A DNA stretch of 64,000 bases from Chitinophaga pinensis (GCA_945883825.1 CAMCYF010000008.1:15190-79189); one strand, 5' to 3'; numbered from the stretch's first letter, positions 1 through 10,755 are shown. The notes: a model not told the origin generated them from the letters alone. Numbers and translations are program-made.

Positions 1-598
<598 letters not shown>

Positions 599-880
599 TT
601 ATTTGTTAAAAACTCCATAAATATCTGATTCTTTCATAATCAGATAATTCTTTCCATCAATTTTTATTTCCGTTCCAGAATACTGACCATATAAAACTGA
701 ATCACCAGCTTTTAAAGTCATTGGCTCATCTTTTTTTCCAGAACCTACTGCTATTACTGTTCCATTAAGCGGTTTTTCTTTAGCAGTATCAGGTATAAAT
801 ATACCACTTGCTGTTTTCTGCTCTGCTGGCGCCGCTTCAATAAGAACACGGTCTGCCAAAGGATTAAATTTTACTGACAT
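599..880 (-). CDS. groES: Co-chaperonin GroES
   Basis: 93 aa, [15 protein letters not shown]...GTVIAVGSG...[10 protein letters not shown], a Cpn10 family pattern. Lies directly upstream of groEL. Confidence 0.96.
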   Translation of the reverse strand: MSVKFNPLADRVLIEAAPAEQKTASGIFIPDTAKEKPLNGTVIAVGSGKKDEPMTLKAGDSVLYGQYSGTEIKIDGKNYLIMKESDIYGVFNK

Positions 881-977
881 AACTAATAATTAATTTGATT
901 AAATTGTAATAAAATCTTTTTCCAATATTATGCCATAATCGAAAAAAGTGTAATTTTTCTTTTTTTGACCTAATTAG

Positions 978-1013
978 AAATAAAAAATGTCAGTATGCGT
1001 GACATACTGACAT
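978..1013 (-). terminator. Rho-independent terminator downstream of secG
   Basis: Perfect 11-bp inverted repeat ATGTCAGTATG (987-997) / CATACTGACAT (1003-1013) with a 5-nt loop. Read on the minus strand it is followed by TTTTTATTT (986-978). Confidence 0.7.
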
Positions 1014-1044
1014 TTAAATAAAATAGTCTTAATTCCTATATGTT

Positions 1045-1368
1045 TTACTGACCACCGGCTGGGGTTTTAGTTTTTCCATCTGCCGGAGCTTGCTGATTTC
1101 CATTCTGCTCTGTCTTAGGAGCTTTTTGCTCGATTGGCTTAGGAGGTTTTGGTTGACGAATTGTTATTAAAATACTTGAAACAACAATAATTCCGGCCAA
1201 AGACCAAGTTAATTTATCAATAAATTCATTTGATTTTTGAACGCCTCCAAGTTGAGAAGGAGAACCAAAATCAGAACTAATGCCCCCTCCTTTAGGATTT
1301 TGAATATAAACAGCTAAAATTAGTAAAATGCTTGATAAAATGATAAGGGCTGAAAGTAGGATATCCAT
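1045..1368 (-). CDS. secG: Preprotein translocase subunit SecG
   Basis: 107 aa. N-terminal TM helix followed by a Gly-rich loop (MDILLSALIILSSILLILAVYIQNPKGGG) and a second TM helix, typical of SecG. Low-complexity K/P/Q C-terminal tail. Confidence 0.85.
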   Translation of the reverse strand: MDILLSALIILSSILLILAVYIQNPKGGGISSDFGSPSQLGGVQKSNEFIDKLTWSLAGIIVVSSILITIRQPKPPKPIEQKAPKTEQNGNQQAPADGKTKTPAGGQ

Positions 1369-1377
1369 GGTTAAAAA

Positions 1378-2202
1378 TTATTTTTTCTTAAGTAAATTTA
1401 TTTGGGATGCAAAGTAAGGCTTTTTTTTGGGAAAAATCAAACTTAATTGTTCATAAACGTAAATTGCTTTGGGAAGATTACCTTGAAGCTCAAAAATTCT
1501 TGCTAAAGTTTCACTAACTGGCATCTTATTTTCGTCAACACTTTCTTTTGCTTTTTTTACAGGTGAGAAAAACTCTTTTTTAGGTTTTTCAAACGTATAA
1601 AACTCTTGTTTTGGTTCTTCTGCTTCAATCTCCTCTGACAAAATAGCTTTACTATTATTAACTTTTAGCCAAGATCCAAATGATAAAGATGTTAAATCAT
1701 CAATTTCTGGTTTTTTAGGACTTAACATTTCTTGAGTAGGAAGAAAAATTATTTCGCTACTTACTAATTCAGGTTCTATTTGAGTTAATTCTTTGTCTAC
1801 GTAATTTGCTGAAAAGGCTGCAGAAAGAATCTGCTTTTCTAATTCTAAATCTCTACTATCTGATTCATTAATTAACAATTCTTCAGATGTTATTTCATTT
1901 GGAAAAAATAATATATCTTGTTGGTGTTTTGGATCGCTAATTTCTGAAATTAAAATTTTTTCTTTTACATTTATAAGATCAAATAAAACACCTCGAGATT
2001 GAATACGAAAAGCATGCTTTTCTAACTCAGAATCAAAACGAATATCTTTTGAATTTGATAGTGACTTCAGATAGAGAATTGAGAATGATGAGGCATAAGG
2101 ATATAATTCAATCATTGAAGCAAAAAGAGTTGAATCTTCACTTGAACATTCTTCAATATTTGTTAATTTCGAATGAATATATTCACTATTCAACATCACC
2201 AA
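1378..2202 (-). CDS. Hypothetical protein with a TPR-like C-terminal helix pair
   Basis: 274-aa ORF packed between the lptE-like gene (7-nt overlap) and secG (9-nt gap). The C-terminus LARIFELQGNLPKAIYVYEQLSLIFPKKKPYF looks like a single TPR-like motif. No family recognised. Confidence 0.6.
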   Translation of the reverse strand: MVMLNSEYIHSKLTNIEECSSEDSTLFASMIELYPYASSFSILYLKSLSNSKDIRFDSELEKHAFRIQSRGVLFDLINVKEKILISEISDPKHQQDILFFPNEITSEELLINESDSRDLELEKQILSAAFSANYVDKELTQIEPELVSSEIIFLPTQEMLSPKKPEIDDLTSLSFGSWLKVNNSKAILSEEIEAEEPKQEFYTFEKPKKEFFSPVKKAKESVDENKMPVSETLARIFELQGNLPKAIYVYEQLSLIFPKKKPYFASQINLLKKK

Positions 2203-2705
2203 TTACTTAAAAGTTTATTAATAACATCCTGAACTATTTGTTCACTTATTTCATCAACTAATTGAGATTCTACGCTAGATAAATTTGTAGATGCATTGAA
2301 ATCTGCAAAACGAGTTGCTGTTAAGTTAATAATATCCTCTTTAGGTTCAGAAACGAAGATAGAAAATTGTACCGAAATTGTTAAGCGATTTTGTGACGCA
2401 TTGTCATTTCCTTGAATTGCTAAAGGCATTACATTATAACTGCTTATGAGACCTTCGATATTAACTTCACCCTTACCTAAACGAGTATTTAAAGCCAAAC
2501 GAGTATTATTTTGAATGCCATCTTTTAACTTTTCTGTTAAGGCTGCACTATAACTCAAAGGACAATTTGCAGCATTAATTTCCAATGTTTTAATTGAAAA
2601 AGTCTTCCATGATTCAGGCATTGAACCTTTATCCTTGAAAGAAACGCTAGTTGGCCAACAAGAACTCAACAAACAAAAAAGAAGAAGGACAGCCACAATT
2701 TTCAT
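2196..2705 (-). CDS. lptE: LptE-like outer-membrane lipoprotein (putative LPS-assembly lipoprotein)
   Basis: 169 aa with a lipoprotein signal ending LLSSC. The size and the position next to a receiver-less sigma-54 activator and miaB match an arrangement I recall for Flavobacteriia LptE-family genes. The assignment rests mostly on that synteny. Confidence 0.5.
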   Translation of the reverse strand: MKIVAVLLLFCLLSSCWPTSVSFKDKGSMPESWKTFSIKTLEINAANCPLSYSAALTEKLKDGIQNNTRLALNTRLGKGEVNIEGLISSYNVMPLAIQGNDNASQNRLTISVQFSIFVSEPKEDIINLTATRFADFNASTNLSSVESQLVDEISEQIVQDVINKLLSNW

Positions 2706-3943
2706 AAATCAATTAAATTATACTCTTTAATTTTTCTGTAGAGTGTTCTTTCAGAAATACCCAATTCTCCTGCAGCGTATTTTCTTTTGCCCCGGTGTTT
2801 CTCCAGAGCTTTTTGAATTAATTCTTTTTCTCTGTCCTCCAAAGATAAAGATTCTTCCACTTCTTCGTGTTGCTCATAAGAATCTGTGGATTTATCATAA
2901 GCAAATTCTGCATCCTTATCTTTGGCAACGGGGAGCAATCTAGAAGGCGAATCAATTGTTTCATTCACTTCTTGGTACAAGCGATTAATCACTGTGTTTT
3001 GTTCTGTACTTAGTGGCGAATTTCCTCCTTGGGCAATAACATCTAAGACCAATTTCTTCAATTCAGTCAAATCCTTTTTCATATCGAATAAAAACTTGTA
3101 CATCAACTCTCGCTCTGAAAAACTATCTTTTTCTTCACCAATTACTGAGGGCATTTTTTCTGTAATAATAGGCATATAGCCACTCAAAATAAAATCATCA
3201 ATTTCTCTTTCCGTTTCAATTACAGATAATTGTTCCACTAAGTTTTTTAGTTGACGAATATTACCAGGCCAAGGATAATCTTGAAGAATTTCAACAGCTG
3301 ATTCAGTAAGTTTAATTGCTGGCATTCTGTATTTTTCTGCAAAATCATGAGCAAATTTTCTAAAAATCAAATGAATGTCCTCTTTTCGTTTTCGAAGAGC
3401 CGGAAGTTGAATCGGTACTGTGCTTAAGCGATAAAATAAATCTTCCCGGAATTTTCCAGAAGAAATTGCTTTTTGCATGTTTTCATTCGTTGCAGCTACA
3501 ACGCGTACATTTGTTTTAATAGCCTTCGAAGATCCAACTCTAATAAACTCTCCCGTTTCTAATACACGAAGTAAACGAACTTGCGTCTGCATCGGTAATT
3601 CAGCTACTTCATCTAAAAATATTGTTCCATTATTTGCTACCTCAAAATAACCTTGACGACTTCCACTTGCCCCTGTAAACGAACCTTTTTCGTGTCCAAA
3701 TAATTCTGAATCAATTGTTCCTTCTGGAATCGCGCCGCAATTTACAGCAATATATTCTCCGTGTTTTCTTGCGCTAAGGTGATGAATTACTTGAGGTATG
3801 ATTTCTTTTCCAGTTCCGCTTTCACCCATAACTAAAACAGAAATATCAGTTGGAGCAACCTGCATGGCAACTTCTAAAGACCTATTTAATAAAGTTGAAT
3901 TGCCAATGATTCCAAAACGCTGTTTTACTTGTTGAATCGTCAT
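2702..3943 (-). CDS. Sigma-54-dependent transcriptional activator (AAA+ bEBP) without an N-terminal regulatory domain
   Basis: The AAA+ module starts at about residue 10. Walker A GESGTGKE, GAFTGA-type loop GSFTGA, Walker B FLDEV, and a C-terminal Fis-type HTH (AAGELGISERTLYRKIKEY). No receiver, PAS or GAF domain. Confidence 0.9.
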   Translation of the reverse strand: MTIQQVKQRFGIIGNSTLLNRSLEVAMQVAPTDISVLVMGESGTGKEIIPQVIHHLSARKHGEYIAVNCGAIPEGTIDSELFGHEKGSFTGASGSRQGYFEVANNGTIFLDEVAELPMQTQVRLLRVLETGEFIRVGSSKAIKTNVRVVAATNENMQKAISSGKFREDLFYRLSTVPIQLPALRKRKEDIHLIFRKFAHDFAEKYRMPAIKLTESAVEILQDYPWPGNIRQLKNLVEQLSVIETEREIDDFILSGYMPIITEKMPSVIGEEKDSFSERELMYKFLFDMKKDLTELKKLVLDVIAQGGNSPLSTEQNTVINRLYQEVNETIDSPSRLLPVAKDKDAEFAYDKSTDSYEQHEEVEESLSLEDREKELIQKALEKHRGKRKYAAGELGISERTLYRKIKEYNLIDL

Positions 3944-3944
3944 T

Positions 3945-5387
3945 TTATGAATTTATTGTTGTTGCCACACCTAGTAAAGTTGCAGATGTACAAGAATCAA
4001 TACGCACCGTCACATAATCACCTTTTTGAAAACTTAATTTTGGAAAAATCACCATTGAATTTCTGCTAGTTCTTCCACACAAGTAATCAGATGAACGCTT
4101 TGAAAAACCCTCCACTAAAACTTTTTGGACGGTTCCAATTTGTTTTTCATTCGACATCAGAGCAAATTCGCGTTGTTTTTCAATTATTTCCTCGAGCCTT
4201 CTTCCTTTCACATCGTCAGGGACATCATCTGTAAATCTTCTCTCAGCAAGTGTTTTTGGTCGTTCAGAATATTTATACATAAATGCAAAATCAAATTCAA
4301 CCAAATCCATTAAAGAAAGAGTATTTTTATGTTCTTCCTCTGTTTCACCACAGAAACCAGAAATAATGTCTGTCGTAATTGCACAATTAGGAACTATATT
4401 TTGGATAGCGGCGATGCGTTCTAAATACCATTCTCTTGTATACCCTCGATTCATTCGAAATAAAACATCAGAATCTCCAGATTGAACAGGAAGATGAATA
4501 CAAGAACAAATATTCTCATATTTTGCCATTACTATTAAGACATCATCTGTCATATCTTTTGGGTGAGAAGTACTAAAGCGAATGCGTAAATCAGGAGAAA
4601 GTAAAGCTACTCTTTCCATAAGTTGAGCAAAATTAGTTGTAGGGATATTTTGATCTTTAATTTCACCTTTAGAGGAAATGTTCCAACGATAACTATCGAC
4701 ATTTTGTCCCAATAAAGTTACTTCTCTATATCCTTTCTCAAATATGTCTTTGCATTCATTAACAATACTTTCAGGATCTCTTGATCGTTCTCTGCCTCTT
4801 GTAAATGGAACGACACAGAAAGAACACATATTATCACAACCTCTCATGATTGTAACAAAAGCAGAAATTCCACCTTGATCCAATCTGACTGGCGAAATAT
4901 CAGCATAAGTTTCATCACGAGAAAGCAAAACATTTACAGCTTTTTGACCAGTTCCAACTTCTTCCACTAAATTTGGTAGATCGCGGTAAGCATCGGGACC
5001 TGCAACGATATCAACAAGTTTCTCTTCCTCAAGAAGTTCCGCTTTTAGCCTTTCTGCCATACAGCCAAGAATACCAACAATTAAATCAGGATTTTTATCT
5101 TTTTTCTTTTTGAAGTCCGTTAATCGTTGTCGAACTCGTAATTCTGCATTTTCTCGAATCGAACAGGTATTTATTAAAATGATATCTGCCTCCTCGAGAT
5201 TTCGTGTTGTTTCATATCCTTGATTGGACATAATCGATGCTACAACCTCACTATCTGAAAAATTCATCTGGCAGCCATAGCTTTCGAGGTATAATTTCTT
5301 CCCGTTTATTGCTTGCTTATCTTTAACAGGATATAAAGTTGCTTCACCCTGAACTGACTCATCAATAACTTTATTTTCAATTGACAT
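3945..5387 (-). CDS. miaB: tRNA-2-methylthio-N6-dimethylallyladenosine synthase (radical SAM methylthiotransferase)
   Basis: 480 aa. N-terminal UPF0004 cysteines (YGCQMN...NTCSIRE...GCMA), radical-SAM CDNMCSFC motif and a C-terminal TRAM-like domain. Confidence 0.92.
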   Translation of the reverse strand: MSIENKVIDESVQGEATLYPVKDKQAINGKKLYLESYGCQMNFSDSEVVASIMSNQGYETTRNLEEADIILINTCSIRENAELRVRQRLTDFKKKKDKNPDLIVGILGCMAERLKAELLEEEKLVDIVAGPDAYRDLPNLVEEVGTGQKAVNVLLSRDETYADISPVRLDQGGISAFVTIMRGCDNMCSFCVVPFTRGRERSRDPESIVNECKDIFEKGYREVTLLGQNVDSYRWNISSKGEIKDQNIPTTNFAQLMERVALLSPDLRIRFSTSHPKDMTDDVLIVMAKYENICSCIHLPVQSGDSDVLFRMNRGYTREWYLERIAAIQNIVPNCAITTDIISGFCGETEEEHKNTLSLMDLVEFDFAFMYKYSERPKTLAERRFTDDVPDDVKGRRLEEIIEKQREFALMSNEKQIGTVQKVLVEGFSKRSSDYLCGRTSRNSMVIFPKLSFQKGDYVTVRIDSCTSATLLGVATTINS

Positions 5388-5534
5388 ATATCTTCTAAAA
5401 TCTAGTGCAAAGTTATAAAATATATAACTTATGACAAAATGTCAGCGTAAAAATTTGTAAGCCTTTAGACAAAGAATTATTGAATAAATAACCACAGGTT
5501 AAAAAAATAAAATAAAAAAATAAAAACAAAGAGT

Positions 5535-5566
5535 TTGCGAGTTCAATTAATTTAGATTTACATTTG
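5535..5566 (+). promoter_or_regulatory. Bacteroidota-type promoter for topA (-33 TTG, -7 TAcaTTTG)
   Basis: TTG at 5535-5537, a 21-nt spacer, then TACATTTG at 5559-5566. The topA ATG follows 24 nt downstream. Confidence 0.5.
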
Positions 5567-5590
5567 TGCCTTTCAATTTATAAAAATTAA

Positions 5591-7912
5591 ATGGCAAAAA
5601 ATCTTGTAATCGTTGAGTCACCTGCAAAAGCTAAGACTATCGAAGGGTATTTAGGAAGTGAATTTATCGTAAAATCTAGTTATGGCCACGTTAGGGATTT
5701 AGCAAAAAAGGGGCTTGCAATAGAGATTGACAATAAATTTAACCCACTTTACGAGGTTACTCCAGATAAAAAACAATTAGTTACAGAATTAAAAAAATTA
5801 GTCAAAGAATCTGAAGTAATTTGGTTAGCAACAGATGAGGATCGTGAGGGTGAAGCTATTTCTTGGCATTTGTATGAAACATTGGGACTTAGTAAAAAAG
5901 AAACAAAGCGAATTACGTTTAATGAAATTACCAAAACAGCTATTTTAAAATCCATTGAAAAACCAAGAAATATAAATAAAGAATTAGTAGATGCGCAACA
6001 AGCTCGAAGAATATTAGATCGAATTGTTGGATTTGAACTTTCACCAGTTTTATGGAAAAAAATTAGACCAAAACTTTCAGCAGGTAGAGTTCAGTCAGTT
6101 GCCGTTCGATTAATTGTTGAAAGGGAAAAAGAAATTCAATCTTTTAGTACAAGTACTTTCTTCAGAGTAAATGGCTTATTTCAAGCACTAAAAGGAAATT
6201 TGAAGACAGAATATTGCCGACAATTAGCAGATGAAAGCGAAGCAAAAAAACTTTTAGACAGGTGTTTAAAAAGTTCTTTCTTTGTTGAAGAAATCCAACA
6301 AAAGCCAGCTACGAAAATACCTTCAGCGCCATTTACAACATCAACTTTGCAACAAGAAGCAAGCTTAAAAATTGGGTTTTCTGTTACAAAAACAATGCTT
6401 GTTGCTCAACGCCTTTATGAATCTGGTATGATTACCTACATGAGAACAGATTCTGTAAACCTTTCAGAAACAGCGATTCAAGAAGCGAAAAATGCAATCG
6501 AAACAAATTACGGGTCTGAATATTCAAAACCAACAAAATATACAAGTAAAAGTGCCGGAGCACAAGAAGCCCATGAGGCCATCAGACCTACTGATTTCCT
6601 AAGAACATCTATATCAGGAGAAAATGACGACATGCGTCTTTATGATCTTATTTGGAAAAGGGCCATTTCTTCTCAAATGTCTCACGCTAAATTGGAACGG
6701 ACAACTATTAAAATTGGAGGTTTAGACAATAGTGACTATTTCACTGCAAAAGGAGAAGTGATTCGTTTTGATGGTTTTTTAAAAGTTTATCTCGAATCAC
6801 AAGTTGAAGATGGTGATGATGACGATTCAGACGAATCTATTCTTCCAAGTGTTGAAGTAAACGAAAAATTAAAGCAAAAGGAAATAACCGCAACTGAAAG
6901 ATATACACGACCGCCTGCAAGGTATGTAGAAGCTTCTTTAGTGAAGAAATTAGAGGAATTAGGAATTGGTAGACCATCAACTTACGCACCAACAATTTCA
7001 ACAATTCAAAAAAGAGGCTACGTTGAGAAAAAAGAACGAGAGGGAGAACTTAGAAATTTTACCGTTCTAAAATTAAGCAACGAACAAATTAACAGAGAGG
7101 TAAAATCTGAAACTACCGGAAAAGATAGAAATAAATTATCGCCTACTGATATTGGAATAGTTGTTACTGATTTTTTAAATCAGCATTTTGACCGAATAAT
7201 GGATTACAATTTTACAGCAAAAGTAGAAGCAGAATTTGACGAAATTGCTCAGGGGAAAATTCAATGGACAGATATGATGGCGGAATTTTACGAACCCTTT
7301 CATGCAAATGTGACAAACACCTTGGAAAATTCGGATCGTGCTACAGGAGAAAGAGAATTGGGAATGCATCCTGTTTCAGGGCGTAAAATAATTGTAAGAA
7401 TAGGAAGGTATGGTCCAATGGTTCAAATTGGAGATGAAAAAGAAGATGGCGAAAAAGCACAATTTGCTTCCTTACAAAATAATCAGTCAATCGGATCAAT
7501 TACACTCGAAGAAGCCCTCGCTTTATTTAAATTACCAAGAACACTCGGAGAATATAACTCAGAAATAGTAAAGGCAAATGCCGGGCGTTTTGGCCCATAC
7601 ATTCAAGTTGGAAAAGTATTTGTGTCAATTCCAAAAGGAGAAGAACCTATGACTATCGAGTTAGATCGTGCAATAGAATTATTTGTAGAAAAACAAATAG
7701 CTGATGCAAATAAACTGATTAAAGCTTTTGATTCTCGCCCCGATGTTCAATTACTAAACGGAAGATATGGCGCTTACCTTAAAATCGGAAAAGACAATTT
7801 TAAACTGCCAAAAGATACTACTCCAGAAAACCTAAGCCTTGAAGAATGTCTTCATATTTCTATAAATCAAGCACCAAAAACTGCTAAGAAAAAAGTTTTT
7901 AGAAAAAAATAA
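5591..7912 (+). CDS. topA: DNA topoisomerase I
   Basis: 773 aa. TOPRIM start MAKNLVIVESPAKAKTIEGYLG, DEDREGEAI motif and active-site region YMRTDS. Confidence 0.97.
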   Translation: MAKNLVIVESPAKAKTIEGYLGSEFIVKSSYGHVRDLAKKGLAIEIDNKFNPLYEVTPDKKQLVTELKKLVKESEVIWLATDEDREGEAISWHLYETLGLSKKETKRITFNEITKTAILKSIEKPRNINKELVDAQQARRILDRIVGFELSPVLWKKIRPKLSAGRVQSVAVRLIVEREKEIQSFSTSTFFRVNGLFQALKGNLKTEYCRQLADESEAKKLLDRCLKSSFFVEEIQQKPATKIPSAPFTTSTLQQEASLKIGFSVTKTMLVAQRLYESGMITYMRTDSVNLSETAIQEAKNAIETNYGSEYSKPTKYTSKSAGAQEAHEAIRPTDFLRTSISGENDDMRLYDLIWKRAISSQMSHAKLERTTIKIGGLDNSDYFTAKGEVIRFDGFLKVYLESQVEDGDDDDSDESILPSVEVNEKLKQKEITATERYTRPPARYVEASLVKKLEELGIGRPSTYAPTISTIQKRGYVEKKEREGELRNFTVLKLSNEQINREVKSETTGKDRNKLSPTDIGIVVTDFLNQHFDRIMDYNFTAKVEAEFDEIAQGKIQWTDMMAEFYEPFHANVTNTLENSDRATGERELGMHPVSGRKIIVRIGRYGPMVQIGDEKEDGEKAQFASLQNNQSIGSITLEEALALFKLPRTLGEYNSEIVKANAGRFGPYIQVGKVFVSIPKGEEPMTIELDRAIELFVEKQIADANKLIKAFDSRPDVQLLNGRYGAYLKIGKDNFKLPKDTTPENLSLEECLHISINQAPKTAKKKVFRKK

Positions 7913-7949
7913 TCCGAAATTTATTGTTATTTTTATGTAAATTTGTTTC

Positions 7950-8393
7950 ATGAATGGAACTGTAAATAAGGTAATTCTTATTGGTAATTTAGGGAAAGAC
8001 CCTGAAATACGTCGCTTAGAAAATGGTGCTGTTGTAGCTTCTTTTTCAATTGCCACATCAGAATCATTTACAGACAAAAATTCGGGAGAAAAAAAAGAAA
8101 TAACTGATTGGCACGATATTGTACTTTGGCGTGGATTAGCTGAAATAGCTGAAAAATACATCCGAAAAGGAACAAAAATTTACGTTGAAGGAAAATTAAA
8201 AAAACGATCCTGGCAAGACAAAGAAGGTAATACCAAATACAATACAGAAGTTATTGGTGAAGAGTTAACCATTCTTTCTCGCTTAGAAACTTCGGATAAA
8301 ACAGTTGCCCCGTATAATTCAATCGGAACTCCAAACCTACCTTCTGACATTCCAGGACTTTCATCGAGTAGCGATGATGATTCCCCATTTTAA
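7950..8393 (+). CDS. ssb: Single-stranded DNA-binding protein
   Basis: 147 aa. OB-fold start MNGTVNKVILIGNLGKDPEIR and the acidic C-terminal tip DDDSPF. Confidence 0.95.
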   Translation: MNGTVNKVILIGNLGKDPEIRRLENGAVVASFSIATSESFTDKNSGEKKEITDWHDIVLWRGLAEIAEKYIRKGTKIYVEGKLKKRSWQDKEGNTKYNTEVIGEELTILSRLETSDKTVAPYNSIGTPNLPSDIPGLSSSSDDDSPF

Positions 8394-8398
8394 TATTT

Positions 8399-9727
8399 AT
8401 GACGATAAGCGAACCTCCCAGTTACGATTTGTATCAAATTGCCGAAGCCGGATTCAGCACAAATAATTATATTTATTTAGGAATTATAGTGCTTTTGCTC
8501 CTTGTTTCAGCAATGATGTCTGGATCAGAATCAGCTTTTTTTTCTCTTAGACCCCTAGATCGTGAAGAGATTAAACAAGAAAATTCTGCAAAATCAAAAT
8601 TAATTTCTGACTTACTAGCTAAACCTAAGGAATTACTTGCAACTATTTTAATTACAAACAATTTTGTAAATGTTGGAGTTGTTATTTTATCAACTTTTAT
8701 ACTAAACGATTTTTATCCCCCAACAAAGGATTTTGAAATTAAACGATTTCTTCTTGAGGTATTAGGCATAACATTTGTTTTGTTAATGACAGGAGAAGTA
8801 ATCCCTAAAATTTTTGCTGCAAATAATTCTCTAAGAGTTGTTCGGTGGATGGTCTATCCATTAAATGTTTTAAGAAAAACACCTCCATTATCTTGGTTAA
8901 AAAATCTTTTAGTGAAAGGTTCTTTTTTTATTCAAAAAAATGCAAAAGGAAAAACGAGCATTACCACAGATGAATTAGAACAGGCTATTGCATTGACGAA
9001 AGAAGATAACGATTCTGAAGAAGATCATAAAATATTAGAGGGGATTGTGAAATTTGGAAGAACAGAAGCATGTCAAATAATGACTCCAAGAATTGAAGTT
9101 GATGCAATTGATATATCATCAAATTTTAAGGAAGTCTTAGCCTTTATTTTAGAAGCTGGTTACTCGAGAATTCCTGTATTCCAAGACACACAAGATAATG
9201 TTGTTGGTATTTTATACATCAAAGATTTACTACCAAATTTAAGTAATCTGAATTATTTTGAATGGTCTACTGTGATAAGAAAACCCTTTTTTATCCCTGA
9301 AAACAAGAAAATAAATGATTTGCTACAAGAATTTAAAAATATGAAAATGCACATGGCAATTGTTGTAGATGAATATGGTGGAGCTTGCGGGATAGTTACT
9401 TTAGAAGATATTCTAGAAGAAATTGTTGGTGACATAACAGATGAATTTGATGACGATGAAATTGAATATTCAAAAGTTGATCCATCTACTTTTATTTTTG
9501 AAGGAAGAACCTCACTAAATGATTTATATAAAGTTTTGGGAATTGATGGGCTTGTATTTGAAAATTTAAAGGGTGAAGCTGAAACAATTGGAGGTTTTGT
9601 AGTTGAGCAAGCAGGAAAAATATTAAAAAATAAAGAATTTATCGAAATTGATAACTTTAAAATTATTGTTGAGTCATCAGATAAAAGGAGAGTGAAATCA
9701 ATAAAGATTCAAGTAAAATCAAACTAA
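8399..9727 (+). CDS. gldE: Gliding-motility protein GldE (CorC/TlyC-type CNNM TM domain + CBS pair + CorC C-terminal domain)
   Basis: 442 aa with an N-terminal multi-TM DUF21-like region, a CBS pair and a CorC_HlyC-like C-terminus. It sits after ssb and directly before a small lipoprotein gene, the gldE-gldD arrangement described for Flavobacterium johnsoniae. Confidence 0.8.
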   Translation: MTISEPPSYDLYQIAEAGFSTNNYIYLGIIVLLLLVSAMMSGSESAFFSLRPLDREEIKQENSAKSKLISDLLAKPKELLATILITNNFVNVGVVILSTFILNDFYPPTKDFEIKRFLLEVLGITFVLLMTGEVIPKIFAANNSLRVVRWMVYPLNVLRKTPPLSWLKNLLVKGSFFIQKNAKGKTSITTDELEQAIALTKEDNDSEEDHKILEGIVKFGRTEACQIMTPRIEVDAIDISSNFKEVLAFILEAGYSRIPVFQDTQDNVVGILYIKDLLPNLSNLNYFEWSTVIRKPFFIPENKKINDLLQEFKNMKMHMAIVVDEYGGACGIVTLEDILEEIVGDITDEFDDDEIEYSKVDPSTFIFEGRTSLNDLYKVLGIDGLVFENLKGEAETIGGFVVEQAGKILKNKEFIEIDNFKIIVESSDKRRVKSIKIQVKSN

Positions 9728-10330
9728 ATGATAAAAAACAATCAAAAAAAAATTATTAATGTTCTTTTGGCTTTCTTGATTTTGAATGCCTTTGCTTGCA
9801 AAGATCCGGCACCAGTTCCAAAACCACCTACATACTTAAATATTAATTTTCCACATCACTCTTATTCTATTGTAAAGGGAGATTGTCCCTATGAGTTCAA
9901 ATTAGCATCCTTATATAATTACAAAACCATCGAAAATTCAAATTTTAATTCATGTATTCAAGAAATAAATCTAGGACCTTTAAATGGTAGCTTATTCTTA
10001 TTCTACATCGAAATCCCATCAAAAGATTCACTACCTGATATAATAAATATGGCAAACGATAAAGTAGATGAACATAAAATTAAAGCTGATAAAATAGAAT
10101 TTGAGCAAATTATTGATGCTAAAAATAGGGTTTTCGGAACCTTTTTTGAGCTAAAGGGAAATGTCGCAACTAATTTTCAGTTTTACTTAACAGATTCAAG
10201 TCAGAATTTTGTTCGCGGAGAAGTGATATTAAATTGTCGGCCAAACTATGATTCTTTAAGGCCTTCTTTAGATTATCTTAAAGTTGATTTACTTGAATTG
10301 GTGCATAATTTCAAATGGAGTAAAAATTAA
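9728..10330 (+). CDS. gldD: Gliding-motility lipoprotein GldD (putative)
   Basis: 200 aa with a lipoprotein signal LILNAFAC. The start codon abuts the gldE stop. The size and position match gldD; the assignment rests on synteny. Confidence 0.6.
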   Translation: MIKNNQKKIINVLLAFLILNAFACKDPAPVPKPPTYLNINFPHHSYSIVKGDCPYEFKLASLYNYKTIENSNFNSCIQEINLGPLNGSLFLFYIEIPSKDSLPDIINMANDKVDEHKIKADKIEFEQIIDAKNRVFGTFFELKGNVATNFQFYLTDSSQNFVRGEVILNCRPNYDSLRPSLDYLKVDLLELVHNFKWSKN

Positions 10331-10755
10331 TTTCTATTAAAAAACATACTGTTTATATAGCATTAGGCTCCAATATTGGAGATAAATCAAAGAACCTTTG
10401 CCGCGCAATTGAAGAAATAAATACTTTGATTGGGGAAGTTACTGAAGTATCCTCTTTTTTTGAAAACGAACCACAAGGATTTAAATCTGATAATATTTTT
10501 GTTAATGCTTGTTTAATTTGTAAAACGAATCTAAATCCACTAGCTACGCTAAAAGAGCTAAAAAATATAGAAAAAAAAATGGGTAGAAAAAAAAATAATG
10601 GCGTTTATAAGGATAGAATAATCGACCTAGATATTATATTCTTCGATAAACTGATTTACAATAGTGATAAATTAACAATACCTCACAAAGAATATAAAAA
10701 TAGAAGCTTTGTACTTATTCCTTTAAAAGAACTAAGTCCATTTTTAGAGAACTAA
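10330..10755 (+). CDS. folK: 2-amino-4-hydroxy-6-hydroxymethyldihydropteridine diphosphokinase (HPPK); start codon uncertain
   Basis: The frame is open from 10324 and encodes HTVYIALGSNIGDKSKNL...FENEPQGF...IIDLDIIFF...LTIPH, an HPPK pattern. The conserved N-terminal strand VYIALGSN lies upstream of the first canonical start (TTG 10426). The only near-cognate starts are ATT 10330 and ATT 10336. Confidence 0.7.
   Translation: MSIKKHTVYIALGSNIGDKSKNLCRAIEEINTLIGEVTEVSSFFENEPQGFKSDNIFVNACLICKTNLNPLATLKELKNIEKKMGRKKNNGVYKDRIIDLDIIFFDKLIYNSDKLTIPHKEYKNRSFVLIPLKELSPFLEN

Noticed and set aside
7832-8161. 109-aa minus-strand ORF bridging the end of topA and the start of ssb
   Set aside because: It is antisense to two well-supported genes and crosses their intergenic region. 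No supporting features.
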